From assembly GCA_045541795.1 (NCBI GenBank), contig JAZQJV010000010.1, forward strand, positions 72,333 through 136,332: DNA of 64,000 bases. The letters run 5' to 3'. The DNA is from Patescibacteria group bacterium. Lineage in GTDB: Bacteria; Patescibacteriota; Microgenomatia; UBA1400; PJMF01. Each line of letters starts with the position of its first letter. Within the stretch, counting starts at the first letter, position 1. The notes under the pieces were generated by a model, which searched no databases, was not told the origin of the DNA, and saw only the letters and a program-made list of their open reading frames with translations. Shown here piece after piece: positions 40,561-50,135 of the stretch. The position numbers and the translations under genes were made by a program.

Positions 40561-41062
40561 GATTATCTCCTGGCGTTACAGCTTCACTCACTTCACCGGC
40601 CGGCGTCTCCTCCTTGGCCTGATCGTCTGAGATCATGATTTTTTCCAGCACGGCGTTGACAAAAGCGTAAGAGTTTTCGGCGCCAAAATCTTTAGCTAGT
40701 TCCACACCTTCATCAATCAAAACTTTTATCGGCGTATCTTTGGTGGCGTGTTCGTGCAAGATCAGCCGTAAAATTGCCAGATCTATCTTGGCCAGATCAG
40801 CCACCGGACGCTCTGTCGCTACCGCTTGGATTTGCTCATCATAAATGTGTTTTTTCTCCCGGATCTCATCCAGAAGTTTCTGGTCATAATCTACCAATTC
40901 CATATCTGACCAGCTCTGACCGGGGAACTCATCGACAAACAAGGCCTGCACCATCGCCATCCGCTCATGATGACGAGCGTCATCTTTGATGACATTTAAA
41001 CTCGGATCATCTTCGATGACAGTCTTGACTTGTGCATCATCGTCAGGAGAACTATAAAGCAT
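40550..41062 (-). CDS. nusB: Transcription antitermination factor NusB
   Basis: RH..R..MVQALF, IDLAILRL, IDEGVELAKDFG....FVNAVL. Confidence 0.93.
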   Translation of the reverse strand: MLYSSPDDDAQVKTVIEDDPSLNVIKDDARHHERMAMVQALFVDEFPGQSWSDMELVDYDQKLLDEIREKKHIYDEQIQAVATERPVADLAKIDLAILRLILHEHATKDTPIKVLIDEGVELAKDFGAENSYAFVNAVLEKIMISDDQAKEETPAGEVSEAVTPGDNHEG

Positions 41063-41094
41063 AAAACCTTACCGTTGCAAATGCATTTTGTCAA

Positions 41095-41370
41095 TTATGA
41101 TTTTTTGCTGGCTACAGCCGCCTTTTTGGCGGGCTTGGCCGCCGGCTTTTTGCTGCCTTTTTTGCTCATTTTCTCCGCCAAGGCTTTCTTCGCTGCCGTT
41201 TCATCCACGCTGGGGCGGGGTGCCAAAATCATCAAGAGTTTTTGGGCAATTTTTTCTTTGTGCAAAGGCGTTTTGGCCGTTTTGATGTTTTTTATCAACT
41301 TGGGCGTATTGCCTTGACGACGTTTGCCGCGTTCTGCTCTGGTGATCTTATTTTTTGGCAGTGGTGTCAT
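41095..41370 (-). CDS. rpmF: 50S ribosomal protein L32 with Lys/Ala-rich tail
   Basis: MTPLPKNKITRAERGKRR; position upstream of nusB-rnc. Confidence 0.8.
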   Translation of the reverse strand: MTPLPKNKITRAERGKRRQGNTPKLIKNIKTAKTPLHKEKIAQKLLMILAPRPSVDETAAKKALAEKMSKKGSKKPAAKPAKKAAVASKKS

Positions 41371-41499
41371 AATTTCTTTCCGTTTTTTGTATTTCTTAAT
41401 TTTGTGTCAGCCGCGAAAGCTGGTCAACCCTCCTATTATATCACACTTTTGGCTAATTTCCACAGGCAAAAACCGCTAAATTGGCGCTATTTAATTATA

Positions 41500-41618
41500 A
41501 TATTATAGGACTTTAACCACTTTTTACAATAATTTTCCAGGCGAAAAACCAGCATAATATCCTATAATATATTTTTATGATTGAAAAAAGTCTGGAACAT
41601 TAAAAATATTATAGGATT
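41500..41618. repeat. Cluster of CCTATAATAT/ATATTATAGG motifs
   Basis: Copies at 41500-41514, 41559-41570 and 41605-41618; ATATTATAGGACTTT is identical to 49635-49649. Confidence 0.75.
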
Positions 41619-41623
41619 AGAAA

Positions 41624-42016
41624 TTAGCGTTCCACGCCGCTTTGCCCAGCTTCCGGATTGATCAGTCTATAAGAAAGATTATCACTAGCTAAGCTGACAT
41701 CGCCCAAAAGCACCACTGCCGCTGACGGGATGCCATCCACCCGCCAAAAATTCTCCCGCCAGGCAGTCGCCTGTACCCATAATTTTCGAGCCAAGCCACC
41801 CTGAGCCAGCCAGACGTAAGCCCGCTCACCTTGTATATGCACGCTGTCAGCCGGCAAAATTACTTGTGTCTCACCTTCGCGAGCGTACACTTTTAAGGCT
41901 GGAATCCAAGATAAGACCGGGGAAAGCAGCGTCCGGCAGTTGCACCAAAACGAAAATGCCCAGATGACGCTCATCCAGACAGCCAATAAATGCCAGCCGC
42001 TTGCATTTTTAGACAT
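41624..42016 (-). CDS. Small membrane-anchored protein resembling the C-terminal domain of efflux periplasmic adaptor (MFP) proteins
   Basis: ILPADSV...AYVWL...ARK..V...V.G....VVL pattern; own TTGACA-16-TATAAT promoter at 42027-42054. Confidence 0.55.
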   Translation of the reverse strand: MSKNASGWHLLAVWMSVIWAFSFWCNCRTLLSPVLSWIPALKVYAREGETQVILPADSVHIQGERAYVWLAQGGLARKLWVQATAWRENFWRVDGIPSAAVVLLGDVSLASDNLSYRLINPEAGQSGVER

Positions 42017-42087
42017 AATGTAACTTATTATATCACACTATCTCAAAATGTCAAGTCTAGCTGGCATTACATCTAATAAGTAGAAAG

Positions 42088-43032
42088 TTAAGTAGTTGTC
42101 ATTACTCCAGAGTAAACTTCCCGCAGTGCCGCCAGGCTGGCTGTCATTTGTCCGCGTTCGGTCTCGTCCATATCAATATCCACCTGCTGGATCACACCAG
42201 CGCGTCCCACCACACAAGGCAGTGAGGCGTTCATCGGCGTTTGGCCATCATGAGCGTCAATGGTGACACTGACTGGAAGCACACTGCGTGCATCACTCCA
42301 AATAGTCCTCACGATCTTGGTGATACTCGCACCGATCCCATAATAAGTAGCTCCTTTAGAGTCAATAATCGCGTAAGCGGCATCCCGAGCTTTTTGGTAT
42401 GCTTCCAGCGCCTTTTCGCGTGAAAATCCTGGGAAATCCACTAATTTTTGCCCGCCGATGCTACTGCTAGAAACTACCGGGAAGCTGTGATCACCATGCT
42501 CGCCCAACACATAAGCATGGATAGAACGTGGATTGACCGGCAAAAACTCGCTCAGGTGGAAACGGAAACGGGCGGTATCCAAAAGCGTGCCGCTACCAAA
42601 AATCTGTCCGGGGCGAGCCGCTGGATAGACTTGAGTTGCTCTGTAGGTCATCAGGTCACAAGGATTGGCTACCATCAGCAGGATCGCTTCTGGCGCTGCG
42701 GCCATCAATTGCGGCACCATGCTGTCGACGATACTCAAGTTTTTGGCCGCCAGTTGTAAACGGCTCTCGCCTGGCTCTTGCGCCGCACCCGAACAAAATA
42801 CGAACACATCCGTACCAGCTAGATCATTATAATCATCGCTGATCGTGATTTTGGTCTTTTTTGAAAGCGTCATCGCGTGCTCTAGATCTAGTTTTTCGCC
42901 AATAAGTTTTTCTTTGTGACGGCCAAAAAGCGTAATTTCCTGACAAAAACCCGCCAGGACCAGAGCGTACGCCGCCGTCGCCCCCACTTTACCTGCGCCC
43001 ACCACGGTCACTCGAAAATAATCTGTCTGCAT
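42088..43032 (-). CDS. ldh: L-lactate dehydrogenase
   Basis: GAGKVG, GAAQEPGESRL (Gln at the specificity position), GSGTLLDTARFR, GEHGD, KGATYYGI. Confidence 0.92.
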   Translation of the reverse strand: MQTDYFRVTVVGAGKVGATAAYALVLAGFCQEITLFGRHKEKLIGEKLDLEHAMTLSKKTKITISDDYNDLAGTDVFVFCSGAAQEPGESRLQLAAKNLSIVDSMVPQLMAAAPEAILLMVANPCDLMTYRATQVYPAARPGQIFGSGTLLDTARFRFHLSEFLPVNPRSIHAYVLGEHGDHSFPVVSSSSIGGQKLVDFPGFSREKALEAYQKARDAAYAIIDSKGATYYGIGASITKIVRTIWSDARSVLPVSVTIDAHDGQTPMNASLPCVVGRAGVIQQVDIDMDETERGQMTASLAALREVYSGVMTTT

Positions 43033-43033
43033 T

Positions 43034-44044
43034 TTACCTTTCTGCAGGGGTCAACACCCCATAATACTCCAACATTCGTGCTAGTCCCTCACGAAACGGC
43101 ACGACAGGCTCCCAGCCCAAAAGCGTTTTGGCTTTAGTAATGTCTGGCTGGCGCCGCAGCGGATCATCGGCCGGCAAGGGCTTATAATCTATCATCTCGC
43201 TATCACGGCCAGTGATCTGGTTGACGATCTGCGCTGTCTGCAAGACAGTAAATTCGCCCGGATTACCCAAGTTGACCGTCTCGCCGGCCAAATCACTACT
43301 GATAAATCTGATGATCCCCGCCACCAGATCGTCAATATAGCAATAAGAACGAGTTTGGCTACCATCACCGTAAACCGTTAATTTTGTGCCCGCCTTCACT
43401 TCACTGATAAATTGCGGTAAAATCCGCCCATCGTGCAAATCCATGCGCGGCCCGTAAGTATTAAAGATCCGGATAATTCTCGTATTTAAACCAAAATCCC
43501 GGTAGAAAACACCGCAAATCGTCTCGCCTAGACGTTTGGCTTCGTCATAACAGCTGCGGATACCGTTAGGATTGACATTACCCCAATAAGTTTCTACCTG
43601 GGGATGTATCTGCGGATTGCCATAAGCTTCACTAGTACCGGCAAAAAGCAAGCGCGCTGCGGGTGCATTGGCCGTCAACCACTGACAAATATTATGCAGC
43701 GCCCAGGTATTGACCAAATAAGTCTCCACCGGGTGTGCTTGATAACCTGGCGGTGATGCTGGTGAGGCAAAATGTAAGACTACATCCACCTGACCGTAAG
43801 TTTTTTTGATCTCATCCAAGTGCTGGAGCAACAAGGCTTGGTCATTAAGATCAAACTCCAAAAACTGAAAGCGTTCATGACTGCGGACCGCCCGCAAATT
43901 GTCTTTGTGACCCGTAATATAATTATCAATACCGATCACCTGAGCGCCAGCACTCAGGATTCGTTCCACTAAATGCGAACCAATAAATCCTGCTGCACCA
44001 GTAATAATTACTACTTTTGAGTTAAAAAATTGCTCATCTTGCAT
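43034..44044 (-). CDS. NAD-dependent epimerase/dehydratase, UDP-glucuronate decarboxylase-like
   Basis: TGAAGFIGSH, HFASPASP, ETYWGNVNPNGIRSCYDEAKR, RIFNTYGPRM. Confidence 0.9.
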   Translation of the reverse strand: MQDEQFFNSKVVIITGAAGFIGSHLVERILSAGAQVIGIDNYITGHKDNLRAVRSHERFQFLEFDLNDQALLLQHLDEIKKTYGQVDVVLHFASPASPPGYQAHPVETYLVNTWALHNICQWLTANAPAARLLFAGTSEAYGNPQIHPQVETYWGNVNPNGIRSCYDEAKRLGETICGVFYRDFGLNTRIIRIFNTYGPRMDLHDGRILPQFISEVKAGTKLTVYGDGSQTRSYCYIDDLVAGIIRFISSDLAGETVNLGNPGEFTVLQTAQIVNQITGRDSEMIDYKPLPADDPLRRQPDITKAKTLLGWEPVVPFREGLARMLEYYGVLTPAER

Positions 44045-44054
44045 CTGTCCCTTC

Positions 44055-46394
44055 TTATAGCAATCTTGCTCTTTCATTCATTTCTGCTTCTATTTCTTCC
44101 CGATCGCGGCCGTATTTGAGCCTGGAGATTTGTTTGATCGCGGCCGCCAGTTGCGGATTCATCCTAGCCTGCACTTGCGCCATATCTTTTTCCAGCGACA
44201 TTGAAAAAGGCGGTACCGGCTCATTTTTGACGATCGTTTTCACATAGACATGATATTTTTCAATATTGGTCAGGTCAGTCTCAGTAAATATCGGGGCAAA
44301 TTCATGCTCGAGGTACTGCGCATCCGTCACTCCCACCCGGAAACTCACAATCGTCCCCACATTACCAAAGACGGCGTTGCGGATCTCATCATCTATTTGA
44401 GCAATAAACTGATTAGCGACAATCAGATTTAAACGGTACTTGCGGGCTTCAGACAAAATGGTGGCAAAATCCTCCGTGGCGTAATTTTGGAACTCATCCA
44501 CGTACAAGAAGAAATCTTCACGCTGATCCATCGGCACATCCTGACGACTCATCGCTGCCGTGAGCACTTTGGGTACCAAAATCAAACCCAAAAACTTCGC
44601 GTCCTCCTCACCCAAAATACCCTTAGATAAATTGCACAAAATGATCTTTTTCTCATCCATCGCCCGGCGGAAATTAAAGGCGGACACCGGCTGGCCGATA
44701 ATATTGCGCATCGTTTTATTGGTCACAAACCGGCCAAACTTAGAAACAATATAATCCAACACCTCTGATTTGTGGAAATCTGATGTCTGAGCCATCTGAT
44801 CTGTCCAGTAACGTTTTACCATTGGATCATCAATCTGCGGCAGCAATTCCTCAACAAATTTATTATCAGTGATAGCCCGGACTAATTCAATAAACGTCGC
44901 TCCCGGACGATACATGATCGTCAGCATCACGTTGCGGATCGCGTGTTCAAAACGAGGGCCGATAATACCTTGATGATGCGGATCATAAAGTTTATACATC
45001 AAGCCAATCACGCTCCCGACGACAAACTGTTTTTGTTCTTCGGTCTCGGCTTCCATGATATTCATCCCCAAAGGCCGAGCTAAGTCTGAAGGATTAAAAT
45101 AAATCACGTCTTCCGCTCTCTCTGGCGGGATCATCTGCAAAATATCCTCCACAAACTCACCATGCGGATCAATGGCGCACACGCCCGAGCCGGCTTCAAT
45201 GTCTTGCAAAATCATTTCTTTCAAAAATTCTGATTTACCAGTACCAGTTTTACCGATAATGTACATATGCCGACGCCGATCTGGCAGCGACATGTAAATA
45301 TTGCGCACATCGCCTCGATAAATTGATTTACCCAAAAATAAACCGCTTTCGGGAATTTCCCGCGGTGCAGGGGCATTTTTGGCATACAAAAACCGGATAT
45401 GATGCGTTTCTACCGTTTTATTGGGGAAATGAATAATGGTCGCCAGCTCTTCAGAATTAAAAGTCAGCATCCCGCTGTCGCCAAAAAAAGCCGGATAACG
45501 ATAAACAAAATCCTTCATGAACAGACGTTTAAAAGGCACGAGCGCTTTTTGTAAACCCGTATAAGCAGTATCAAACTGCGAGAAACTAGCGATGATGTTT
45601 TTGAGATGTGACTCCGCCGAGTAGCGATCAGGACTACACACGCACACACGGATGATGACCTTAAAGATGGATTTATCCACCTTAGCCAGCATTGATTGAT
45701 CTTCCTTAGACTCCGTCTCATCGTGGACGCGAGCCGTGCTTTCAGACTGACGATCTTTGCGTTTTTCGATCTGGCGGATCACACGCCGCCGGAAACGGTC
45801 GCCTGCAGGCTGGATCACAAACTGGACAATTGCTCCTTCATCCGTATTCATTTTGGACAGTGCAGACGTGAGGCCTTGCAAGCCATCATTAGCTAACTCT
45901 TTGTAAGTCTTGATCGGCATGCGATTATCCAAAGCTTTTAGCCTAGCAAATGCCACCTGGCCGGTCTTCGTCCAGATATTTGGAGACACCACCGGCATAA
46001 TATCGGCTTCGGGGTAGCTGGCGTGAATACTTTTTTCGATCAAATCACGAAGTTCCCGCGGTAAATTCACATAAAAAGCAATGTCTTCTTTTTTTGCCAC
46101 CACTTCAATCGTAAAAAACGGCGGTCTTTTAATCAGCGATTCCCAAGTAGTCAGCTGTAAAGAATGCAGCATATCAAACATCTGCTCAGCGGCTTCAATT
46201 TTCACCTCATTATCCTTCGGCAAACGGATCAGCAGCGTCTCCATTTCCTCAGATATTCGCCGCCGGCCGCGCGCGCGCCATAAATGGTATAAATAATAAA
46301 TAGTAAAACAAAAAACAGCGATATATCCAAATATAATAAGCACCCAGCTTACCAGTGCCCAAGTGTCAATATAGAAGTTAGGTTCCACTTGCAT
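44055..46394 (-). CDS. Membrane-anchored VirB4/TraD/HerA-like ATPase
   Basis: DRRRHMYIIGKTGTGKS, IDPHG, LYVDEFQN, LSEARKYRL, FGNVGT. Confidence 0.9.
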   Translation of the reverse strand: MQVEPNFYIDTWALVSWVLIIFGYIAVFCFTIYYLYHLWRARGRRRISEEMETLLIRLPKDNEVKIEAAEQMFDMLHSLQLTTWESLIKRPPFFTIEVVAKKEDIAFYVNLPRELRDLIEKSIHASYPEADIMPVVSPNIWTKTGQVAFARLKALDNRMPIKTYKELANDGLQGLTSALSKMNTDEGAIVQFVIQPAGDRFRRRVIRQIEKRKDRQSESTARVHDETESKEDQSMLAKVDKSIFKVIIRVCVCSPDRYSAESHLKNIIASFSQFDTAYTGLQKALVPFKRLFMKDFVYRYPAFFGDSGMLTFNSEELATIIHFPNKTVETHHIRFLYAKNAPAPREIPESGLFLGKSIYRGDVRNIYMSLPDRRRHMYIIGKTGTGKSEFLKEMILQDIEAGSGVCAIDPHGEFVEDILQMIPPERAEDVIYFNPSDLARPLGMNIMEAETEEQKQFVVGSVIGLMYKLYDPHHQGIIGPRFEHAIRNVMLTIMYRPGATFIELVRAITDNKFVEELLPQIDDPMVKRYWTDQMAQTSDFHKSEVLDYIVSKFGRFVTNKTMRNIIGQPVSAFNFRRAMDEKKIILCNLSKGILGEEDAKFLGLILVPKVLTAAMSRQDVPMDQREDFFLYVDEFQNYATEDFATILSEARKYRLNLIVANQFIAQIDDEIRNAVFGNVGTIVSFRVGVTDAQYLEHEFAPIFTETDLTNIEKYHVYVKTIVKNEPVPPFSMSLEKDMAQVQARMNPQLAAAIKQISRLKYGRDREEIEAEMNERARLL

Positions 46395-46438
46395 ACCTTC
46401 CTATTATACCGCACCCGCGGGCAAATTGCCAACCGATT

Positions 46439-46930
46439 TTAAGACGAGCGCAAATTTTCACTGCTCACGCCATATCGCGCCAAGCGCGCTTCGCGTCGAT
46501 ACAGTCTCGCCACGCTCAGTCCCGCCCATGTAGACGCCGCTTTAATCGCTCCGCCGCTCATCTTTTTGGCATCCGGCTCCGCATAAAAAGGATAACCGCT
46601 TTCATTTAAACGTCTCTGGAGTACACTCAAAGTCGGCTTAAGCGTTGCTTCCGTATATTTTTGGACTTCTTCCAGGCTATCATTGGCTGGAGCGCTCTCC
46701 CGGACGAGCTGCTGCCGGGCGGATGCAAGTTCTTGCGCGCTCGTTTGCTCGATTTGGGCTTGACGGGCGGCCTCATTTCCTGCGTTTACCGTCACTTCCG
46801 GCAAGCCAGTACCCGCAGTTTTTTCCACTTCACCAGGAAATACTTCCTGTGACACCATTTCTGGTGCCACCATACCGCCCATTTCTTGGTTTACACCGCT
46901 GCCGATCTGTCCACCCGCCAAATTATTCAT
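46439..46930 (-). CDS. Hypothetical protein
   Basis: 163-aa ORF overlapping the pheT stop, same strand; no recognisable motif. Confidence 0.6.
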   Translation of the reverse strand: MNNLAGGQIGSGVNQEMGGMVAPEMVSQEVFPGEVEKTAGTGLPEVTVNAGNEAARQAQIEQTSAQELASARQQLVRESAPANDSLEEVQKYTEATLKPTLSVLQRRLNESGYPFYAEPDAKKMSGGAIKAASTWAGLSVARLYRREARLARYGVSSENLRSS

Positions 46931-48890
46931 GATTATCCTCTAAGCTGCCCACTAACTCACCACCACATTTACTCACTGCCGCCACAATTGCTTGGCGCAG
47001 AGGCTTAACTTCCTCCGTACTCAAGCTGCCGGCCTCTTTTTGATACTGGAAATGAAAAGTATAATGATCTTGGTAAATCTCGCCCAAGCTTACAGCCACA
47101 ACCAGATCAGACACCTGCTTAATTTTTGTCATCACCTCGCCGACGGCCGGCACCTGGTCAAAAGCAAAAGTCAGATCTTCACGGACTACCCCTCCTGTGC
47201 GCAGTTTCCCGCTGATCTGTACTGGCCCGGAAGCAGCCACCAATGTGGACATATCTATTTCGGCCGCGATCAGTTTTTGGTCAGTCTGGCTCACTTGCCC
47301 AAGCTCTTGCCCACCTACATAAATTTTCCCTGATTTATCCACATTTATTTCAATATTTGCCGCTTTGGCGATCAGCTGTAGCCACAAGCGCACTTGCCGG
47401 TAGGGAACAGGGGAGAGCAGACCCAAGCGTAATTTTTCCACCACCTTATCGGCAGTTGCGCCTGGAAAATAGACATTAGCCAGCTCAAAAATCCCAGCAG
47501 TACTATTATTACTGTCGCGGTTTTCCTGCCACACAGCCTCCAGACTTGGGATTAAGCTCTGGCGCAAATAAACTTTGTCTTCTGTCAGCGGATTTTCCAG
47601 CCGCAAGTACTTTTTTTCATCACCGATTTGCTCGCGGCTGACCGTAGAGTACGTATACACTTCACTCAAACCTTTGTCCACAAGCAAATGTTTTAACCGG
47701 TTTTCCAGAACAAAATCAAATTGCTCTTGACGCGGGATCTCCACTACCCGAAAATCCGTCCGGCTTGGCAACAAATGATAACCATAAATCCGTGCCACCT
47801 CTTCTATCAGATCTTCTTGGATCGTCACATCATGAGCCCGAAAAGAAGGCGCCGTCACCTGCCAGTATAATTCCTCTGTTTTATCCACCTGGAAACCTAA
47901 ATCCGTCAAAATTTTCTCTATGCGCGCCGGCGCAATTTCTACTCCCAGATAACGATACAGCCTTGACACATCAAAACCAATCGGCTCACGGGTCTGGCGT
48001 AGCCGCTCATTTTCGTAAGTATACACGCTGCTGGCAATTTTGGCTCCGGCCTCGCGCTGCAAAATCTGGGTGCCGAGCGCTAGCACTTCATCCGTCAAGA
48101 AAGGATCGACGTTTTTTTCATTTAAAATCGCGGCCACCGTACGGATCGCGTGGCTCATACTGGCCCGGCGCACTGTGGGTGCATCCATATTTTCCAGCCA
48201 AAAAAGCACCCGAGTAGTCTCTGGAGAAATCGCGGTATTAGCCGTCCCTTTTATTGCCGGCAAATCAATAATTTCTCCCTTATCATTTTCAAAAACTACC
48301 TCGCCGCCCACGGTCTCATGCTCCTCACCGTCTAGCGTTACAAATTTTTTGCCTTTCTCCGCTTGCTTGACGATAATTTTCCCGCCTAAGGCCATAATTT
48401 TATCGTAATCAAAAGTATGGCACGGATGCCCGAGTTCGTGAGTGACGTAGTTGGACATGTCGATAATAATGCCGTGACTATTTTGACCGATTTGGTGCAA
48501 ACGCTTGCGCATCCATTCTGGCGAATCAACGTTTTTTACATTATCTAGCACTACGCATGAAATTTTGTTGACGGCAAGAGTCTCCACTTGTATTTCTGGA
48601 AGAGGTAATTCTAAAGTCTGAGCTTTCCAGTCCATTTCCCGCTGCTGGGTCAATTTTTTGGGTTTCACTTTGTCGCCGGCGATCGCTGCTAGTTCCCGTG
48701 CTAGTCCCTTGATACACATGGAATCCACCCGGTTAGTAGTGATTTCGATGTCAAATACTTTTTCGCCGTCAATTTCCTCAATCCGCTCAAAAGAAGGCCC
48801 ATGCAAAGAGCCCAAAGCCGCCAGCTCTTCGCTCGTCATCGACGTCTCCAAATACTCACCCAACCAAGTCACCGGTACTAAAATGTTCAT
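46923..48890 (-). CDS. pheT: Phenylalanyl-tRNA synthetase beta subunit (short form)
   Basis: EITTNRVDS, ELGHPCHTFD, PSFR.HD...EDLIEEVARIYGY, LENPL...LRQSLIP. Confidence 0.95.
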   Translation of the reverse strand: MNILVPVTWLGEYLETSMTSEELAALGSLHGPSFERIEEIDGEKVFDIEITTNRVDSMCIKGLARELAAIAGDKVKPKKLTQQREMDWKAQTLELPLPEIQVETLAVNKISCVVLDNVKNVDSPEWMRKRLHQIGQNSHGIIIDMSNYVTHELGHPCHTFDYDKIMALGGKIIVKQAEKGKKFVTLDGEEHETVGGEVVFENDKGEIIDLPAIKGTANTAISPETTRVLFWLENMDAPTVRRASMSHAIRTVAAILNEKNVDPFLTDEVLALGTQILQREAGAKIASSVYTYENERLRQTREPIGFDVSRLYRYLGVEIAPARIEKILTDLGFQVDKTEELYWQVTAPSFRAHDVTIQEDLIEEVARIYGYHLLPSRTDFRVVEIPRQEQFDFVLENRLKHLLVDKGLSEVYTYSTVSREQIGDEKKYLRLENPLTEDKVYLRQSLIPSLEAVWQENRDSNNSTAGIFELANVYFPGATADKVVEKLRLGLLSPVPYRQVRLWLQLIAKAANIEINVDKSGKIYVGGQELGQVSQTDQKLIAAEIDMSTLVAASGPVQISGKLRTGGVVREDLTFAFDQVPAVGEVMTKIKQVSDLVVAVSLGEIYQDHYTFHFQYQKEAGSLSTEEVKPLRQAIVAAVSKCGGELVGSLEDNHE

Positions 48891-49279
48891 AATGTCACTT
48901 CTTTCGTCTCAATTTCTTCTATTTTACCACAGTTTGCTTGAGTTTGGCCGCTCAATTTTACGCTTACAAACCGCTGGATCTCCTCCATCATCTGCTGATT
49001 ATGCATTACATTAATACTAGGGCGCAAGACAAAAACATAGTCGCCAGGCTGCAATAAATCCTGAGCCAAGGCTTGACTGATGACCGCCGTCGCGCGTCTT
49101 TTTGCCTGGTGACGCCGCACGCTTAAGGGAAACGTCCTTTTGCGAGCAATCACAGCCACTTTGGCGCTTTCGCGGCCAACAACCCAAAAAATGCGGGCCC
49201 AGCGCATCCCCCAGCTACAACTGGTCTCAAAAAAGCTATCATCAATCCGGCTCGTGATGCGCCGCGCGCGTGCTAACAT
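48887..49279 (-). CDS. rnpA: Ribonuclease P protein component
   Basis: ML.R..RI....F, KVAVIARKR...SVRRHQAKRR (RNR-motif variant), DYVF; start at ATG 49279. Confidence 0.8.
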   Translation of the reverse strand: MLARARRITSRIDDSFFETSCSWGMRWARIFWVVGRESAKVAVIARKRTFPLSVRRHQAKRRATAVISQALAQDLLQPGDYVFVLRPSINVMHNQQMMEEIQRFVSVKLSGQTQANCGKIEEIETKEVTL

Positions 49280-49610
49280 ATAGCGTATTATACCAGATAA
49301 AATCACTTTTTGCAGTCTGGCTTTGGACTATCACGCCAACACTAATATTTACTAAATCAAATAATATCTAAAAATCAATAATCAGCGCACAGTCAATCAT
49401 ATTTTGCCAGTAAAATACCTGGCAGCTGCGCCCAGTGAGTGCCAAAAATTGCCTTGCTTACCTGGGTGGGCGGCGGGGGAGAAAAGCCATGAGACGATAC
49501 CACGAGGGTCACACCAACTACTCAAACTATATTTTTGTGTACGTTTTTGCTCTCATTTTGTGAACACCTAGCGAGAAATGACCAAAAAGAGAAAATAGAG
49601 GGGTAAAATT

Positions 49611-49789
49611 CGTGAAAGTCCTATAATATTTTAAATATTATAGGACTTTCACGTAAACATCCTATAATGTTTGCGGTAATATTATAGGATTTTCACCTTA
49701 AAGACCTATAATATTTCCAAAAAATTATAGGGACTTTAGGTTAAAATCCTATAATATTCTACCTCGAGTGAGCGTTAACATCCCATAAT
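49611..49789. repeat. Tandem array of 32-bp dyads ATTATAGG-N16-CCTATAAT with parS-like core
   Basis: Full units at 49637-49668, 49681-49712 and 49724-49755; half units at 49611-49627 and 49782-49789. Confidence 0.85.
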
Positions 49790-49994
49790 AAGATAATTAT
49801 CAAAATTCCAGGTGTGGCCCTGCTATTTTTGGTCACTCACAGCGTCAACAGCCCATAGTTTGCGCCGCCGTCCCCAAACCCCTCAAATTTTGCGGAGAAA
49901 AATTACGCGCCGCCCGCCCCGCCGCGCGTCCCGCGCGTCGTGATCACCGCATATTTTGCAATATTAATTAATAGTAAAGTCGATTTTGTCATCG

Positions 49995-50021
49995 TTATTA
50001 ACGCAAAATTTGCGGTAATAA
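49995..50021. promoter_or_regulatory. 11-5-11 dyad TTATTAACGCA-N5-TGCGGTAATAA
   Basis: Arms identical to 59653-59679; further family members elsewhere in the window. Confidence 0.7.
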
Positions 50022-50097
50022 CTGTGTCAATTCTCGTTCTCCTTATACTGTCTATTTTCTCACGAAATGCCCCATTTCCGGCCGCAAAAGCCCGAGC

Positions 50098-50126
50098 TTG
50101 ACAAAATCCCACATCAATGATAAAAT
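50098..50126 (+). promoter_or_regulatory. gyrB promoter
   Basis: TTGACA-17-TAAAAT with TG extension, 9 nt upstream of the ATG. Confidence 0.75.
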
Positions 50127-50135
50127 CATGATCCT

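Noticed and set aside
44055-46394. Conjugative element based on the VirB4/TraD-like ATPase
   Set aside because: No relaxase or other T4SS genes nearby; embedded among core genes, as is common for this family in CPR.
49394-49556. Decayed rpmH (L34) upstream of rnpA: MRAKTY... and SHGF.....T in shifted frames on the minus strand
   Set aside because: Needs several stops and a frameshift, the spacing does not match and the Arg-rich core is missing; may be chance.
49611-49789. CRISPR array
   Set aside because: Period is only 43-44 bp, intervening sequences are 11-16 nt and partly conserved, and there are no cas genes in the window.
49464-49919. GC-rich inverted repeat (GGGTGGGCGGCG / CGCCGCCCGCCC) flanking the dyad array as MITE ends
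   Set aside because: Only 11/12 match in low-complexity sequence; no target-site duplication or other copies seen.
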